This document shows, one piece after another, positions 6,590 to 16,159 of a stretch of 64,000 bases of DNA (positions are counted from its first letter, which is position 1; each line of letters opens with the position of its first letter). Made by a program: the position numbers and the translations under genes. The stretch is from an uncultured cyanobacterium. Lineage in GTDB: Bacteria > Cyanobacteriota > Cyanobacteriia > Cyanobacteriales > Cyanobacteriaceae. The stretch lies in the NCBI GenBank assembly GCA_963749915.1, contig CAVVOP010000022.1:160001-224000 (forward strand), in the 5' to 3' direction. Under the pieces are notes generated by a model. It was not told where the DNA came from, did no database searches, and was given only the letters and a program-made list of their open reading frames with translations.

Positions 6590-8182
6590 ATGGCAAAAAA
6601 CAAAGAAAATAATAACAATACAACTGACAATAAAAGTTTAGAAAGTTGGATTTGGGATGCGGCTTGTAGCATTCGAGGGGTTCAGGAAGCGTCTAAGTAT
6701 AAAGATTTTATATTACCTTTAATTTTTACGAAACGTCTTTGTGATGTTTTTGATGATGAGTTAAATCGTATTGCTAAGAAGATTAAAACTCGTGCTAAAG
6801 CCTTTGAGTTTGTTGAAAATGATCATGAGTTAGTCAGATTTTATTTACCTCTGAAACCGAAAAATCCTGATGATGATGTTTGGAAAGTGATAAGAACTTT
6901 AAGCGATGCCAACACAGAAAAGAGCGATTCTTCTGTAAGCTACGGTGAAAGGGTGACTAATTATTTAAGAGATATTGCCAAAGAGAATCCATTATTAAAG
7001 GGAATTTTAGATAGAGTTGATTTTAATGCGACAACTCACGGCGAAAGGGATTTAGATGACGATCGCCTGTCAAATTTGATTGAGAAAATTTCTGAGAAAA
7101 GATTAGGGTTAAATGATGTTGAACCTGATATTATCGGACGTAGCTATGAGTATTTAATTCGCAAGTTTGCTGAAAGTGGTGGGCAGTCGGCAGGGGAGTT
7201 TTATACGCCGATGGAAGTGGGGATGATAATGGCGAAAATTATGCAACCTAAGCCAAGTATGGAAATTTATGATCCTTGTTGTGGTTCGGCAGGTTTATTA
7301 ATTAAGTGTCAATTGGTTTTACAGGAAGAACAGGGAGATAATCAATACGCACCATTGCAGTTATATGGACAGGAATATACTGCTAATACTTGGGCAATGG
7401 CGAATATGAATATGATTATTCATGATATGGAGGGAAAAATTGAAATAGGTGATTCTTTTAAAAATCCCAAGTTTAAGTATAAAGGGAAGTTGAGACAATT
7501 TGATCTAGTTGTGGCTAATCCGATGTGGAATCAAAACTGGTTCACTGAAAAGGATTATGATAACGATGAATGGGGGCGTTTTCCAAAGGGGGCAGGTTTC
7601 CCCGGTTCAAAAGCTGATTGGGGTTGGGTTCAACATATTAATGCTTCTTTGAAAGATGATGGTAAAGCGGCGATCGTTCTTGATACGGGGGCGGTTTCGA
7701 GGGGTTCTGGGAATGCTAACAGGGATAAGGAAAAGGATGTGAGAAAGTGGTTTATTGAACAAGATTTAATTGAAGGGGTGATTTATTTGCCTGAAAATCT
7801 TTTTTATAACACTTCTGCACCGGGTATCATTTTAATCTTAAATAAGGCTAAATCCGCAGAAAAAAAAGATAAGTTATTTTTTATTAATGCCAGTTTAGAG
7901 TTTGCTAAGGGCGATCCGAAAAACTATATTCCTGATGAGGGTATTAATCGCATTGCTGAGACTTTTTTAAGTTGGCAAGAAATCGATAAGTTTAGTTGTA
8001 TTGTTGATAAGGCTAAAATTGTTGAGAATGATTATAATATCTCTCCTTCTCGTTATATTCATGTAGCTGAGGCTGAAGAATTTAGACCAATTAGTGAGAT
8101 TTTGCTAGAGTTGGATGAGTTGGAGAAGGAAGCAGAAACAACAAATAAGAATTTAATGCAGGTTTTAAGTAAGTTTAGGTAA
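6590..8182 (+). CDS. hsdM: Type I restriction-modification methyltransferase subunit
   Basis: LESWIWDAACSIRG, GEFYTP, YDPCCGSAG, motif IV NPMW. Confidence 0.93.
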   Translation: MAKNKENNNNTTDNKSLESWIWDAACSIRGVQEASKYKDFILPLIFTKRLCDVFDDELNRIAKKIKTRAKAFEFVENDHELVRFYLPLKPKNPDDDVWKVIRTLSDANTEKSDSSVSYGERVTNYLRDIAKENPLLKGILDRVDFNATTHGERDLDDDRLSNLIEKISEKRLGLNDVEPDIIGRSYEYLIRKFAESGGQSAGEFYTPMEVGMIMAKIMQPKPSMEIYDPCCGSAGLLIKCQLVLQEEQGDNQYAPLQLYGQEYTANTWAMANMNMIIHDMEGKIEIGDSFKNPKFKYKGKLRQFDLVVANPMWNQNWFTEKDYDNDEWGRFPKGAGFPGSKADWGWVQHINASLKDDGKAAIVLDTGAVSRGSGNANRDKEKDVRKWFIEQDLIEGVIYLPENLFYNTSAPGIILILNKAKSAEKKDKLFFINASLEFAKGDPKNYIPDEGINRIAETFLSWQEIDKFSCIVDKAKIVENDYNISPSRYIHVAEAEEFRPISEILLELDELEKEAETTNKNLMQVLSKFR

Positions 8183-8222
8183 TTTTCATTAGGCAACAAA
8201 TAGACAATTAAAGAAAATTTAT

Positions 8223-9518
8223 ATGCTTTTATCTCCAATAAAAAATATCCCCAAAGACTGGAAAATAGTTGAACTACAGAATGCAGGTGAAGTTATTTAT
8301 GGAATTCAAGCATCTGTTGCTAATAACATTGAGCCAATCGGAACAAAAATATTAACTAACAAAAATATTACTCTTGATGGTGGTTTTGATTTAGAAAAAA
8401 TTAACTATTTTGAATTGAAAACAAAGCGACATAAAGAAACCATTTTAAAACAAGGTGATATTCTTTTTAATTGGCGTAGTGGTAGTAAAGATCATGTAGG
8501 AAAAACAGCTTATTTTAACTTAGATGGTCAATATACTCATTCTTCCTTTATTCTTAGAATACGTTGCAACACTAATACCATTTATGGTAAGTATTGTTAC
8601 TATTATTTGCTATGGTTGCATAAATCAAAGTATTTTCTAAAACTTCAAACTTATGCTATCAATGCAAAATTCAATAAGAGTGCAGTTAATTTATTACCAA
8701 TTATTCTTCCCCCAATTGAAGAACAAATAAAAATAGTCAATGTTTTAAGTTTAGTACAAAAAGCAATTAGTGAACAAGAAAAGGCGATCGCTTTAACAAC
8801 AGAATTAAAAAAGGCGTTAATGCAAAAACTATTTACCGAAGGGCTAAATAATGAACCTCAAAAAATGACTGAAATAGGTCTTATTCCTGAAAGTTGGGAG
8901 GTTAAAGAATTAAAATATTTTATTGAAATACCTCAATATGGTTTTACTGATAGTGCAAGTGATAAAGGAAATACCAAATTTTTAAGAATTACAGATATTA
9001 CAGAATTTGGAGTAAATTGGAATACAGTACCATTTTGCAATTGTCCAATTGAGAAAATCGATCAATATTTATTAAAAGACAATGACATTGTTTTTGCTCG
9101 AATTGGTGCAACAACTGGAAAAAGTTATATTATTAAAAATCCTCCTTTTTCGGTATTTGCCTCATATTTAATTAGAGTTAGAGCAATAAAAATAGATCCC
9201 GATTATTTATTTCAATTTTTTCAAACACAAATTTATTGGCAACAAATTAATGCTAGAAAAGACGACAGTTTGAAGAAAGGTGTCAACGGTTCTGTATTAA
9301 AAAATATTCTGATTCCAATTCCATTAGAAAAAGAGCAAAAAGAAATTGCAAAAATATTTCAAACTTTTGAGCAAGAAACTAATTTATTAATGATAAAAAA
9401 ATCACAATTACAAGAGTTATTTAAAACTTTATTACATCAATTAATGACTGCTCAAATAAGAGTAGATGAATTAGATTTAAGTGTATTAGAGACTCAAATA
9501 GAGGAGGTTAGAAATTAA
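8223..9518 (+). CDS. hsdS: Type I R-M specificity subunit with two TRDs
   Basis: IPKDW/IPESW repeats, LPPIEEQ and IPLEKEQ, LKKALMQKLFT. Confidence 0.92.
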   Translation: MLLSPIKNIPKDWKIVELQNAGEVIYGIQASVANNIEPIGTKILTNKNITLDGGFDLEKINYFELKTKRHKETILKQGDILFNWRSGSKDHVGKTAYFNLDGQYTHSSFILRIRCNTNTIYGKYCYYYLLWLHKSKYFLKLQTYAINAKFNKSAVNLLPIILPPIEEQIKIVNVLSLVQKAISEQEKAIALTTELKKALMQKLFTEGLNNEPQKMTEIGLIPESWEVKELKYFIEIPQYGFTDSASDKGNTKFLRITDITEFGVNWNTVPFCNCPIEKIDQYLLKDNDIVFARIGATTGKSYIIKNPPFSVFASYLIRVRAIKIDPDYLFQFFQTQIYWQQINARKDDSLKKGVNGSVLKNILIPIPLEKEQKEIAKIFQTFEQETNLLMIKKSQLQELFKTLLHQLMTAQIRVDELDLSVLETQIEEVRN

Positions 9519-11462
9519 ATGCTAACCTTTGATGAAATTTGGGAAATGTTAACTACCCAAGATGAAAGTACAGAAATAGAAGCGAAAAAAGCCTCTGATA
9601 TGGGTAAAAGCATTTTGGAAACTATTAGTGCTTTTTCCAATGAATCAGGTTTAGGTGGCGGTTATTTATTATTAGGAATAAAATCAGCAGAAGATAGTCA
9701 AAATAATATTTATGAGATTGAAGGTTTAGCAGAACCTGATAAAATTCAAAGAGATTTAGCTTGTCAATGTCGAGAAGTTTTTAACATTCCCATTCGCCCT
9801 CAAATAGAAACTATTACAAAAGAAGGGAAAACGGTTATTGTCGCTTTTATTCCCGAAGCTCAACCCTCAGAGAAACCAGTTTATATTACTAAAAGAGGAC
9901 TACCCAAAGGAGCATTTAGACGTATAGGCTCAACGGATCAAAAATGCACAGAACGAGATTTAGAATTATTCTATCAAGAAAGAAGTAATCAAACTTTTGA
10001 CCAAACTCCCGTTAAAGATGCAAGTTTAGATGATTTTGAGTCACAGGCTATTGATGCTTATCGCCGTATTAGAAAACAAGTAAACCCCAATGCTAGTGAA
10101 CTTAACTATAGCGATCGTGATTTATTAGATTCTTTATATGCCATAACCAAACATCCCAATCAAAAAGGAGAATATTGCCCTACTGTAGCAGGATTAATTT
10201 TATTTGGTAAAGAAATAGCCTTAAGAAAGCATTTTCCTTTACAGCGTGTTGATTATATTGTAGTTGAAGGAAAGGAATGGGTAGAGAATCCAGATAAACG
10301 TTATCAAAGTGTGATTGAAATTCGTCAGCCTTTATTATTGGCTATTCCTCGACTAACAGCTTTAGTTTTAAACGATTTACCTAAAGCCTTTAATCTTCCT
10401 GAAGATCAGATAAATCGGCAAGATATTCCTTTAATTCCTAGTGCGGTTATTAGAGAAGCTATTGTTAACGCTGTTATGCACAGGGATTATCGTATTCGTA
10501 GCCCAATTCAGATTATTCGATATTCAGATCGTTTAGAACTTCGTAACGCTGGTTATTCTTTAAAATCAATAGACGAATTAGATCAACCAAGTTCAAAAAC
10601 TCGTAATGAAAAAATAGCTGAAACTCTCCATGAGTTAAATATAGCCGAAACTAAAGGATTTGGTATTAGAACCATGTTAGAAAATATGCGACAAGCAAAT
10701 CTAACTATTCCTTTATTTGAATCAAGTAGAGAAAAAGACTCTTTTTGTCTTACTTTATTTACTCATCATTTTTTAGAGCAAGAAGATATTGACTGGTTAA
10801 CTCAATTTAAAGATCTTAACTTAAGTAAAGAAGAAACAAATGCTTTAGTTGTAATTAAAAAAACAGGTAAAATAAATAATTCAATTTATCGTTATGTTAA
10901 TGATGTTGATATAAATAAAGCAAGTAAGCAATTAATAAAATTAAGGGATTTAGGTTTAATTAATCAAAATGGTAAAAGCATAGCCACTTATTACACCATC
11001 AAGCCTGAATTTTTATCGGGACAGTTAGAAAAACCTTATCAAGATAGTAGTACAGATAATCAAGACACCTTATCAGGACAGTCAGAAAAACCTTATCAGG
11101 AAGACAATACAGGCAATCAAGACACTTTATCAGGACAGTTAGAAAAACCTTATCAAGACAGTAGTACAAGTCAACAGGGACAGTTAACTCTTGATTTATT
11201 TCCGCCTCTAAGCAAAAAAAAACTTGAAGAAAGATTAAATAAAATTGGTAAACGAACCGAACCAGAGGAAATGAAAAGCCTAATATTGGAATTGTGCAGA
11301 ATAAAGCCTTATTCATCTAGTGAATTAGAAAAATTGTTAAAACGAAAGCGAAAATATTTATTAGAACAATATCTTAAGCCTTTAATTGATGACAAGTTAC
11401 TAGAATACACTAACCCCAATAGTCCTAACGATCCTCATCAAACTTATCGCACAAAACAATAA
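9519..11462 (+). CDS. Schlafen/AlbA_2 + HATPase_c_4 (RecG C-terminal-like) + HTH protein
   Basis: ESTEIEAK, ETISAFSN.GGGYLLLGI, REAIVNAVMHRDY, ETKGFGI, C-terminal PNDPHQTY. Confidence 0.8.
   Translation: MLTFDEIWEMLTTQDESTEIEAKKASDMGKSILETISAFSNESGLGGGYLLLGIKSAEDSQNNIYEIEGLAEPDKIQRDLACQCREVFNIPIRPQIETITKEGKTVIVAFIPEAQPSEKPVYITKRGLPKGAFRRIGSTDQKCTERDLELFYQERSNQTFDQTPVKDASLDDFESQAIDAYRRIRKQVNPNASELNYSDRDLLDSLYAITKHPNQKGEYCPTVAGLILFGKEIALRKHFPLQRVDYIVVEGKEWVENPDKRYQSVIEIRQPLLLAIPRLTALVLNDLPKAFNLPEDQINRQDIPLIPSAVIREAIVNAVMHRDYRIRSPIQIIRYSDRLELRNAGYSLKSIDELDQPSSKTRNEKIAETLHELNIAETKGFGIRTMLENMRQANLTIPLFESSREKDSFCLTLFTHHFLEQEDIDWLTQFKDLNLSKEETNALVVIKKTGKINNSIYRYVNDVDINKASKQLIKLRDLGLINQNGKSIATYYTIKPEFLSGQLEKPYQDSSTDNQDTLSGQSEKPYQEDNTGNQDTLSGQLEKPYQDSSTSQQGQLTLDLFPPLSKKKLEERLNKIGKRTEPEEMKSLILELCRIKPYSSSELEKLLKRKRKYLLEQYLKPLIDDKLLEYTNPNSPNDPHQTYRTKQ
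11013..11168 (+). repeat. In-frame 57-bp tandem repeat (about 2.7 copies; LSGQLEKPYQDSSTDNQDT)
   Basis: Units start at 11013, 11070 and 11127. Confidence 0.9.
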
Positions 11463-11485
11463 ATTATCTTTTTCTTCTCTCAAAT

Positions 11486-14428
11486 ATGCCTAAACCAACT
11501 GAACATAAAACCGTCCAAGATCGCATCTTAACCTATGCCCAAGAAATAGGTTGGACATTTGTACCTCGTAAAGAAGCCGAAGCTAAAAGGGGTTTTAACG
11601 CCCCTTTACCCACGAGTTTGGGAAAACAAAAGGGCGTTGAAATTCAACACAAAGCCCAACAAGGATCATTATATTTTGATGATACTTTGTACCAAAAAGT
11701 CAAAGAATTTAATCCTCATTACAACGAAACCAAAGGGGATTTAATTAAACGCCTCAATAACTTATCCCTCGACATTTACGGTAATCGAGATTTTCTGAAC
11801 CTTCTACAAAATCAAGGTAAATACTTTTATCAAGCTGAGAATAGAGAACTAGATTTAATTTTAGTGGATTACGATCGCTCTGAAAATAATATTTATGAAG
11901 TTACAGAAGAATATTATACCCATAACGGGAAATACGGCACAAGGGAAGATGTGGTATTTTTAATTAATGGTATTTCAGTATTGGTCATTGAATGTAAAAA
12001 CGCCAATAAGAATGAGGCGATCGCATTAGGAATTGATCAAATTAGACGTTATCACCGAGAAACCCCAGAGTTATTTATTCCCCAAATGTTATTTACAGCT
12101 ACAGAGGCGATCGGTTTTGCCTATGGCGTAACTTGGAATATCGTCAGACGCAATATTTTTAACTGGAAAGATGAAGAAATTGGGCAACTAGAAAACAAAA
12201 TTAAGACTTTTTGCCATCCCCAAATAATCTTAAAATTTCTGAAAAATTATATTATCTTTGCGGAAAAAGACGAAACTTTACAAAAATATATTCTAAAACA
12301 ACATCAAACCTTAGCTATCGAACAAGTAATTAACCGTTGTCACGATGAAACTAAATTTAGGGGATTAGTGTGGCACACTCAGGGAAGCGGAAAAACCTTC
12401 ACCATGATTAAAACTGCCGAAATGCTCTTTAAAGCCCCAGAAAGCGAAAAACCCACTATTATTCTAATGATCGATCGCAACGAATTAGAAGATCAAATGT
12501 TACGCAACCTGAATAACTTAGGGGTTAACAATATTCGCCATGCCGATCGCATAAAAACCCTTGTGGAATTACTCGAAAACGATTATCGAGGTATTATTAT
12601 CACCATGATTCATAAATTCCGAGAAATGCCTCCTAACATCAACACAAGAAAAAATATTTATATTTTGATAGATGAGGCACACCGCACCACAGGAGGAGAT
12701 TTAGGCACATTTTTAATGGCAGGTTTGCCCAATAGCACAATTATTGGCTTTACTGGTACACCCATTGACAAAACCAATCAAGGAAAAGGTACTTTCAAGG
12801 TTTTTGGGGTTGATGATGAAAAAGGTTATTTACATAAATACTCGATCGCTGAAAGTATTGAAGATGGTACAACTCTACCCCTTTACTATAACATCGCTCC
12901 TAATCAATTATTAGTCCCTGCGGAAATAATGGAGCAAGAATTTCTTGATTTAGTAGAAACAGAAGGGATAAACGATATAAGTGAACTCAATAAAATTTTA
13001 GATCGAGCAGTTAATTTAAAGAATTTTCTCAAAGCAGATCAAAGAATTGATCAAGTAGCAAAATATGTTGCTGAACATTATACAACCAATGTCGAACCGT
13101 TAGGATATAAAGCCTTTTTAGTAGCCGTCGATCGCCCTGCTTGTGCTAAATATAAAGAAGCCTTAGATCGTTATTTACCCCCTGAATATTCGGCGGTAGT
13201 CTATACAGGTAATAACAACGATAGTGAAGAACTAAAGGCTTACCATCTCGATGATAAAACAGAGAAGCAAATCCGCAAAAACTTCGCTCGTTTTGGAGAA
13301 TATCCGAAAATTTTAATAGTAACGGAAAAACTATTAACAGGTTATGACGCACCATTACTATATGCCATGTATCTGGATAAACCAATGCGAGATCATACCC
13401 TCTTACAAGCGATCGCCCGTGTTAATCGCCCTTATGAGAATGAAACAGAGGAGATGCTTAAACCTCATGGCTTTGTCTTAGATTTTGTGGGTATTTTTGA
13501 TAAATTGGAAAAAGCCTTAGCCTTTGATAGTGAAGAAGTTAACGCTATTGTTAAAGATTTACAATTACTTAAAAATTTATTCAAAATCAAAATTGAGCAA
13601 TTAGTTCCCACTTACTTGCCCCTAATTAAACATAACTTTAACGATCAAGATGTCGATAATTTAATTGAATTTTTCAGGGAAAAAGAACAACGCAAAGGAT
13701 TTATTAAAGGCTATAAAGAGTTAGAAATGCTTTATGAAGTTATATCACCAGATGCTTTTTTACGCCCTTATATTGACGATTATACTAGCCTCTGTGGCAT
13801 TTATCAGGTGGTTCGTAATGCTTATACTCGCAGAATTTATCTCGATCGAGAAGTGAAACGCAAAACTGATGAAATAGTACAACAAAATATTGGGACAACG
13901 GCGATCGCCTCTATTAATGAATTTATCGAAATTAATGCAGAGACAATTGAAACCATTAAAAACAAAAAAAATGGTAACACAACCAAAGTAATTAACTTGG
14001 TAAAAAGTATTGAAAAAATAGCAGAAGAAAATAAAGATGATCCCTTTTTAATCGCTATGGCACAAAGAGCAAAGGCGATCGAAGAAAGATTTGAAACAAG
14101 ACAAGTTGATACTCAAGAAACTTTAGATTTATTATTTCAAGAAATCAAAAATAATGAACAAAGGAAAAAGGAACAATCCGCCCAAGGCTTTGATAATTTA
14201 AGCTATTTTGTTTATAAAATCTTAAAAGATGCTGGAATAGAAAGCCCAGAAGAAGTAAGTCATCAGATAAAACAAGCATTTGTTGATTATCCTAACTGGA
14301 AGAAAAGTGAAAGAGAATTAAGAGAATTACGAAAAGAAGTTACTTTTTCTATCTATGAAAAAATAGATGATTTAGATCAAGTTACTGATATTGTTAATCA
14401 GTTATTCAACCTCTTAAATCAAAATTAA
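11486..14428 (+). CDS. hsdR: Type I R-M restriction/motor subunit
   Basis: D...IECK nuclease motif, TQGSGKT Walker A, DEAH, FTGTP, LLTGYDAP, QAIARVNR. Confidence 0.94.
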   Translation: MPKPTEHKTVQDRILTYAQEIGWTFVPRKEAEAKRGFNAPLPTSLGKQKGVEIQHKAQQGSLYFDDTLYQKVKEFNPHYNETKGDLIKRLNNLSLDIYGNRDFLNLLQNQGKYFYQAENRELDLILVDYDRSENNIYEVTEEYYTHNGKYGTREDVVFLINGISVLVIECKNANKNEAIALGIDQIRRYHRETPELFIPQMLFTATEAIGFAYGVTWNIVRRNIFNWKDEEIGQLENKIKTFCHPQIILKFLKNYIIFAEKDETLQKYILKQHQTLAIEQVINRCHDETKFRGLVWHTQGSGKTFTMIKTAEMLFKAPESEKPTIILMIDRNELEDQMLRNLNNLGVNNIRHADRIKTLVELLENDYRGIIITMIHKFREMPPNINTRKNIYILIDEAHRTTGGDLGTFLMAGLPNSTIIGFTGTPIDKTNQGKGTFKVFGVDDEKGYLHKYSIAESIEDGTTLPLYYNIAPNQLLVPAEIMEQEFLDLVETEGINDISELNKILDRAVNLKNFLKADQRIDQVAKYVAEHYTTNVEPLGYKAFLVAVDRPACAKYKEALDRYLPPEYSAVVYTGNNNDSEELKAYHLDDKTEKQIRKNFARFGEYPKILIVTEKLLTGYDAPLLYAMYLDKPMRDHTLLQAIARVNRPYENETEEMLKPHGFVLDFVGIFDKLEKALAFDSEEVNAIVKDLQLLKNLFKIKIEQLVPTYLPLIKHNFNDQDVDNLIEFFREKEQRKGFIKGYKELEMLYEVISPDAFLRPYIDDYTSLCGIYQVVRNAYTRRIYLDREVKRKTDEIVQQNIGTTAIASINEFIEINAETIETIKNKKNGNTTKVINLVKSIEKIAEENKDDPFLIAMAQRAKAIEERFETRQVDTQETLDLLFQEIKNNEQRKKEQSAQGFDNLSYFVYKILKDAGIESPEEVSHQIKQAFVDYPNWKKSERELRELRKEVTFSIYEKIDDLDQVTDIVNQLFNLLNQN

Positions 14429-14430
14429 TT

Positions 14431-14766
14431 ATGCTTTCAATCGATAAACAAAAAACGTGGAAAAATACTGAAGACTTGAAAAATACAGTTTGGACATGGA
14501 GCGATCGCATTAATGTGCAAGTCAAAGAGATTCAACTACGTCAAATGAAAAATAAATGGGCTTCTATCTCTACGACAGGTAGATTAACTTTAAATAAAGA
14601 ATTGATGGATTTACCTCAAGAATTAGGAGAATTTGTAATTGTACATGAATTAATTCATCTACTCGTACCTAATCACAGCAAATTGTTTAAATGTTATATG
14701 TCAGTCTATTTACCAGATTGGCAAGATCGAGAAAAACGCTTAAAAAAGTTATCTTCTCAAAAATAA
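14431..14766 (+). CDS. Short YgjP/DUF45 (M48-like) HExxH metallohydrolase
   Basis: KWASIS...VIVHELIHLLVPNH; this family often follows hsdR. Confidence 0.8.
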   Translation: MLSIDKQKTWKNTEDLKNTVWTWSDRINVQVKEIQLRQMKNKWASISTTGRLTLNKELMDLPQELGEFVIVHELIHLLVPNHSKLFKCYMSVYLPDWQDREKRLKKLSSQK

Positions 14767-14788
14767 ACAATGTAAATCAAATCAGGAT

Positions 14789-15295
14789 TTATTTTTGCTT
14801 TTTACTCATCTTCGTAAATGATAAATGACAGCGATCGCATCTACCATCTTTCCATAGAGAAGGAACAGAAAAAGAAGTTCCACAGTTAGGACATTTAGAA
14901 AGTAATTTCACCTTATGAAGATCGCATCCTCTTTTCTTCTTATCTTGCCATTGTAAACGATGATAGGGAGCTTCTTGATAACACATTCCACACAGCATAA
15001 TCGGTTTAATTTGCGTCACCATACCCTGATAAGGAAACATTTCCCGAAGGCGATCGACATCCAACATCACGACTGTTGCTAATTTTTCTAATTCTTGTGG
15101 CGTAGGAAAGGGAGAAAAATAAAACTTTTCCCATCGAGCCAAAATAGCCCCCAATCCTGCCACTTCACCCAATCCACTTGGTGCGGAGAAACGATTTCCT
15201 TTCGCACGGCGAAATCTGCCCAAGAAATGACTAATACTTTCCCCTTCAAATGGCTCAACTTTGGTTAACCACAACTCACTTTCTCTTTCTTTCAT
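14789..15295 (-). CDS. tniQ: TniQ family protein
   Basis: EPFEGESISHFLGRFRR, multiple CxxC/CxxH zinc ligands. Confidence 0.95.
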   Translation of the reverse strand: MKERESELWLTKVEPFEGESISHFLGRFRRAKGNRFSAPSGLGEVAGLGAILARWEKFYFSPFPTPQELEKLATVVMLDVDRLREMFPYQGMVTQIKPIMLCGMCYQEAPYHRLQWQDKKKRGCDLHKVKLLSKCPNCGTSFSVPSLWKDGRCDRCHLSFTKMSKKQK

Positions 15296-16136
15296 AAGAC
15301 CATTTTGTTGATGCTATAACTTGTTTTAATATCTCAGGAGTAATGTGTGTTTCTCCCCTCGAAAGGGAACGAATTGCCGCCTTGCGTAAAATCATGTCTA
15401 AACGTCCAATCAATTTACGAGTAGCAGTTTTGAGTAGTTTTAAATTGTCTGCTTCCGCTAAATTTGAAGGTTCAGGTAATCTCAGGACATTTTTCTCCCA
15501 AACTTGCACAATCATTTTAAACTCCTTATCATCAAGGCGATCTAGTTCGTATTCTTCTAAGAAACGATTAGCAACCTGTTCATCTCTTTTGACAACGGCT
15601 TCTAAACGACTGGTTGTACCCACCAACAAAACAGATATATTCAACTCATCTTCATCGTAAACGTGCCTGACATCAGCAAAAGTTTCTTGCTTTAAATGAT
15701 TAGCCTCATCCACAATCAACATCTCGCAACCATGAATCGCTAAACCATCGAGAGTCCTTTCCCTCAAATCCGATATTGTTCCTTTGGTGGGCTTATTCAA
15801 TGCCTTGAGTATCTTGATGAAAAAATCTCTTGAGCCACATTTTTCAGGTACTTGAATATAAACCACTGGCTTAATCCGTTGCTTTTGCCCTTGTTTTGAC
15901 TTATTGTATCTGGCGGCAAAAGATTTACAAGTAACTGTTTTCCCACAACGAGATTCCCCCACTAATAACCCTGTCATCCTAGAAAGAATCAACTCATACA
16001 TCCAACCGTGACACTGTTTTACCTGTTCAAACTCAATATATGGATCTTTCCTTAATCGCTCAATTTCGGCTTGAATTTCAGCAGTGATAGTAGGAAAGTT
16101 ACCAAACTGGTGTGCGATCGTCTCTACATTTGTCAT
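15276..16136 (-). CDS. tnsC: TnsC AAA+ ATPase
   Basis: Walker A GESRCGKT, Walker B LIVDEA, IGRLDMILR. Confidence 0.95.
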   Translation of the reverse strand: MTNVETIAHQFGNFPTITAEIQAEIERLRKDPYIEFEQVKQCHGWMYELILSRMTGLLVGESRCGKTVTCKSFAARYNKSKQGQKQRIKPVVYIQVPEKCGSRDFFIKILKALNKPTKGTISDLRERTLDGLAIHGCEMLIVDEANHLKQETFADVRHVYDEDELNISVLLVGTTSRLEAVVKRDEQVANRFLEEYELDRLDDKEFKMIVQVWEKNVLRLPEPSNLAEADNLKLLKTATRKLIGRLDMILRKAAIRSLSRGETHITPEILKQVIASTKWSYERKRK

Positions 16137-16159
16137 TTTTTTGTCCTCAACAAACTGAA

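Noticed and set aside
11013..11168. Possible second CRISPR array
   Set aside because: Contiguous in-frame coding repeat with no unique spacers
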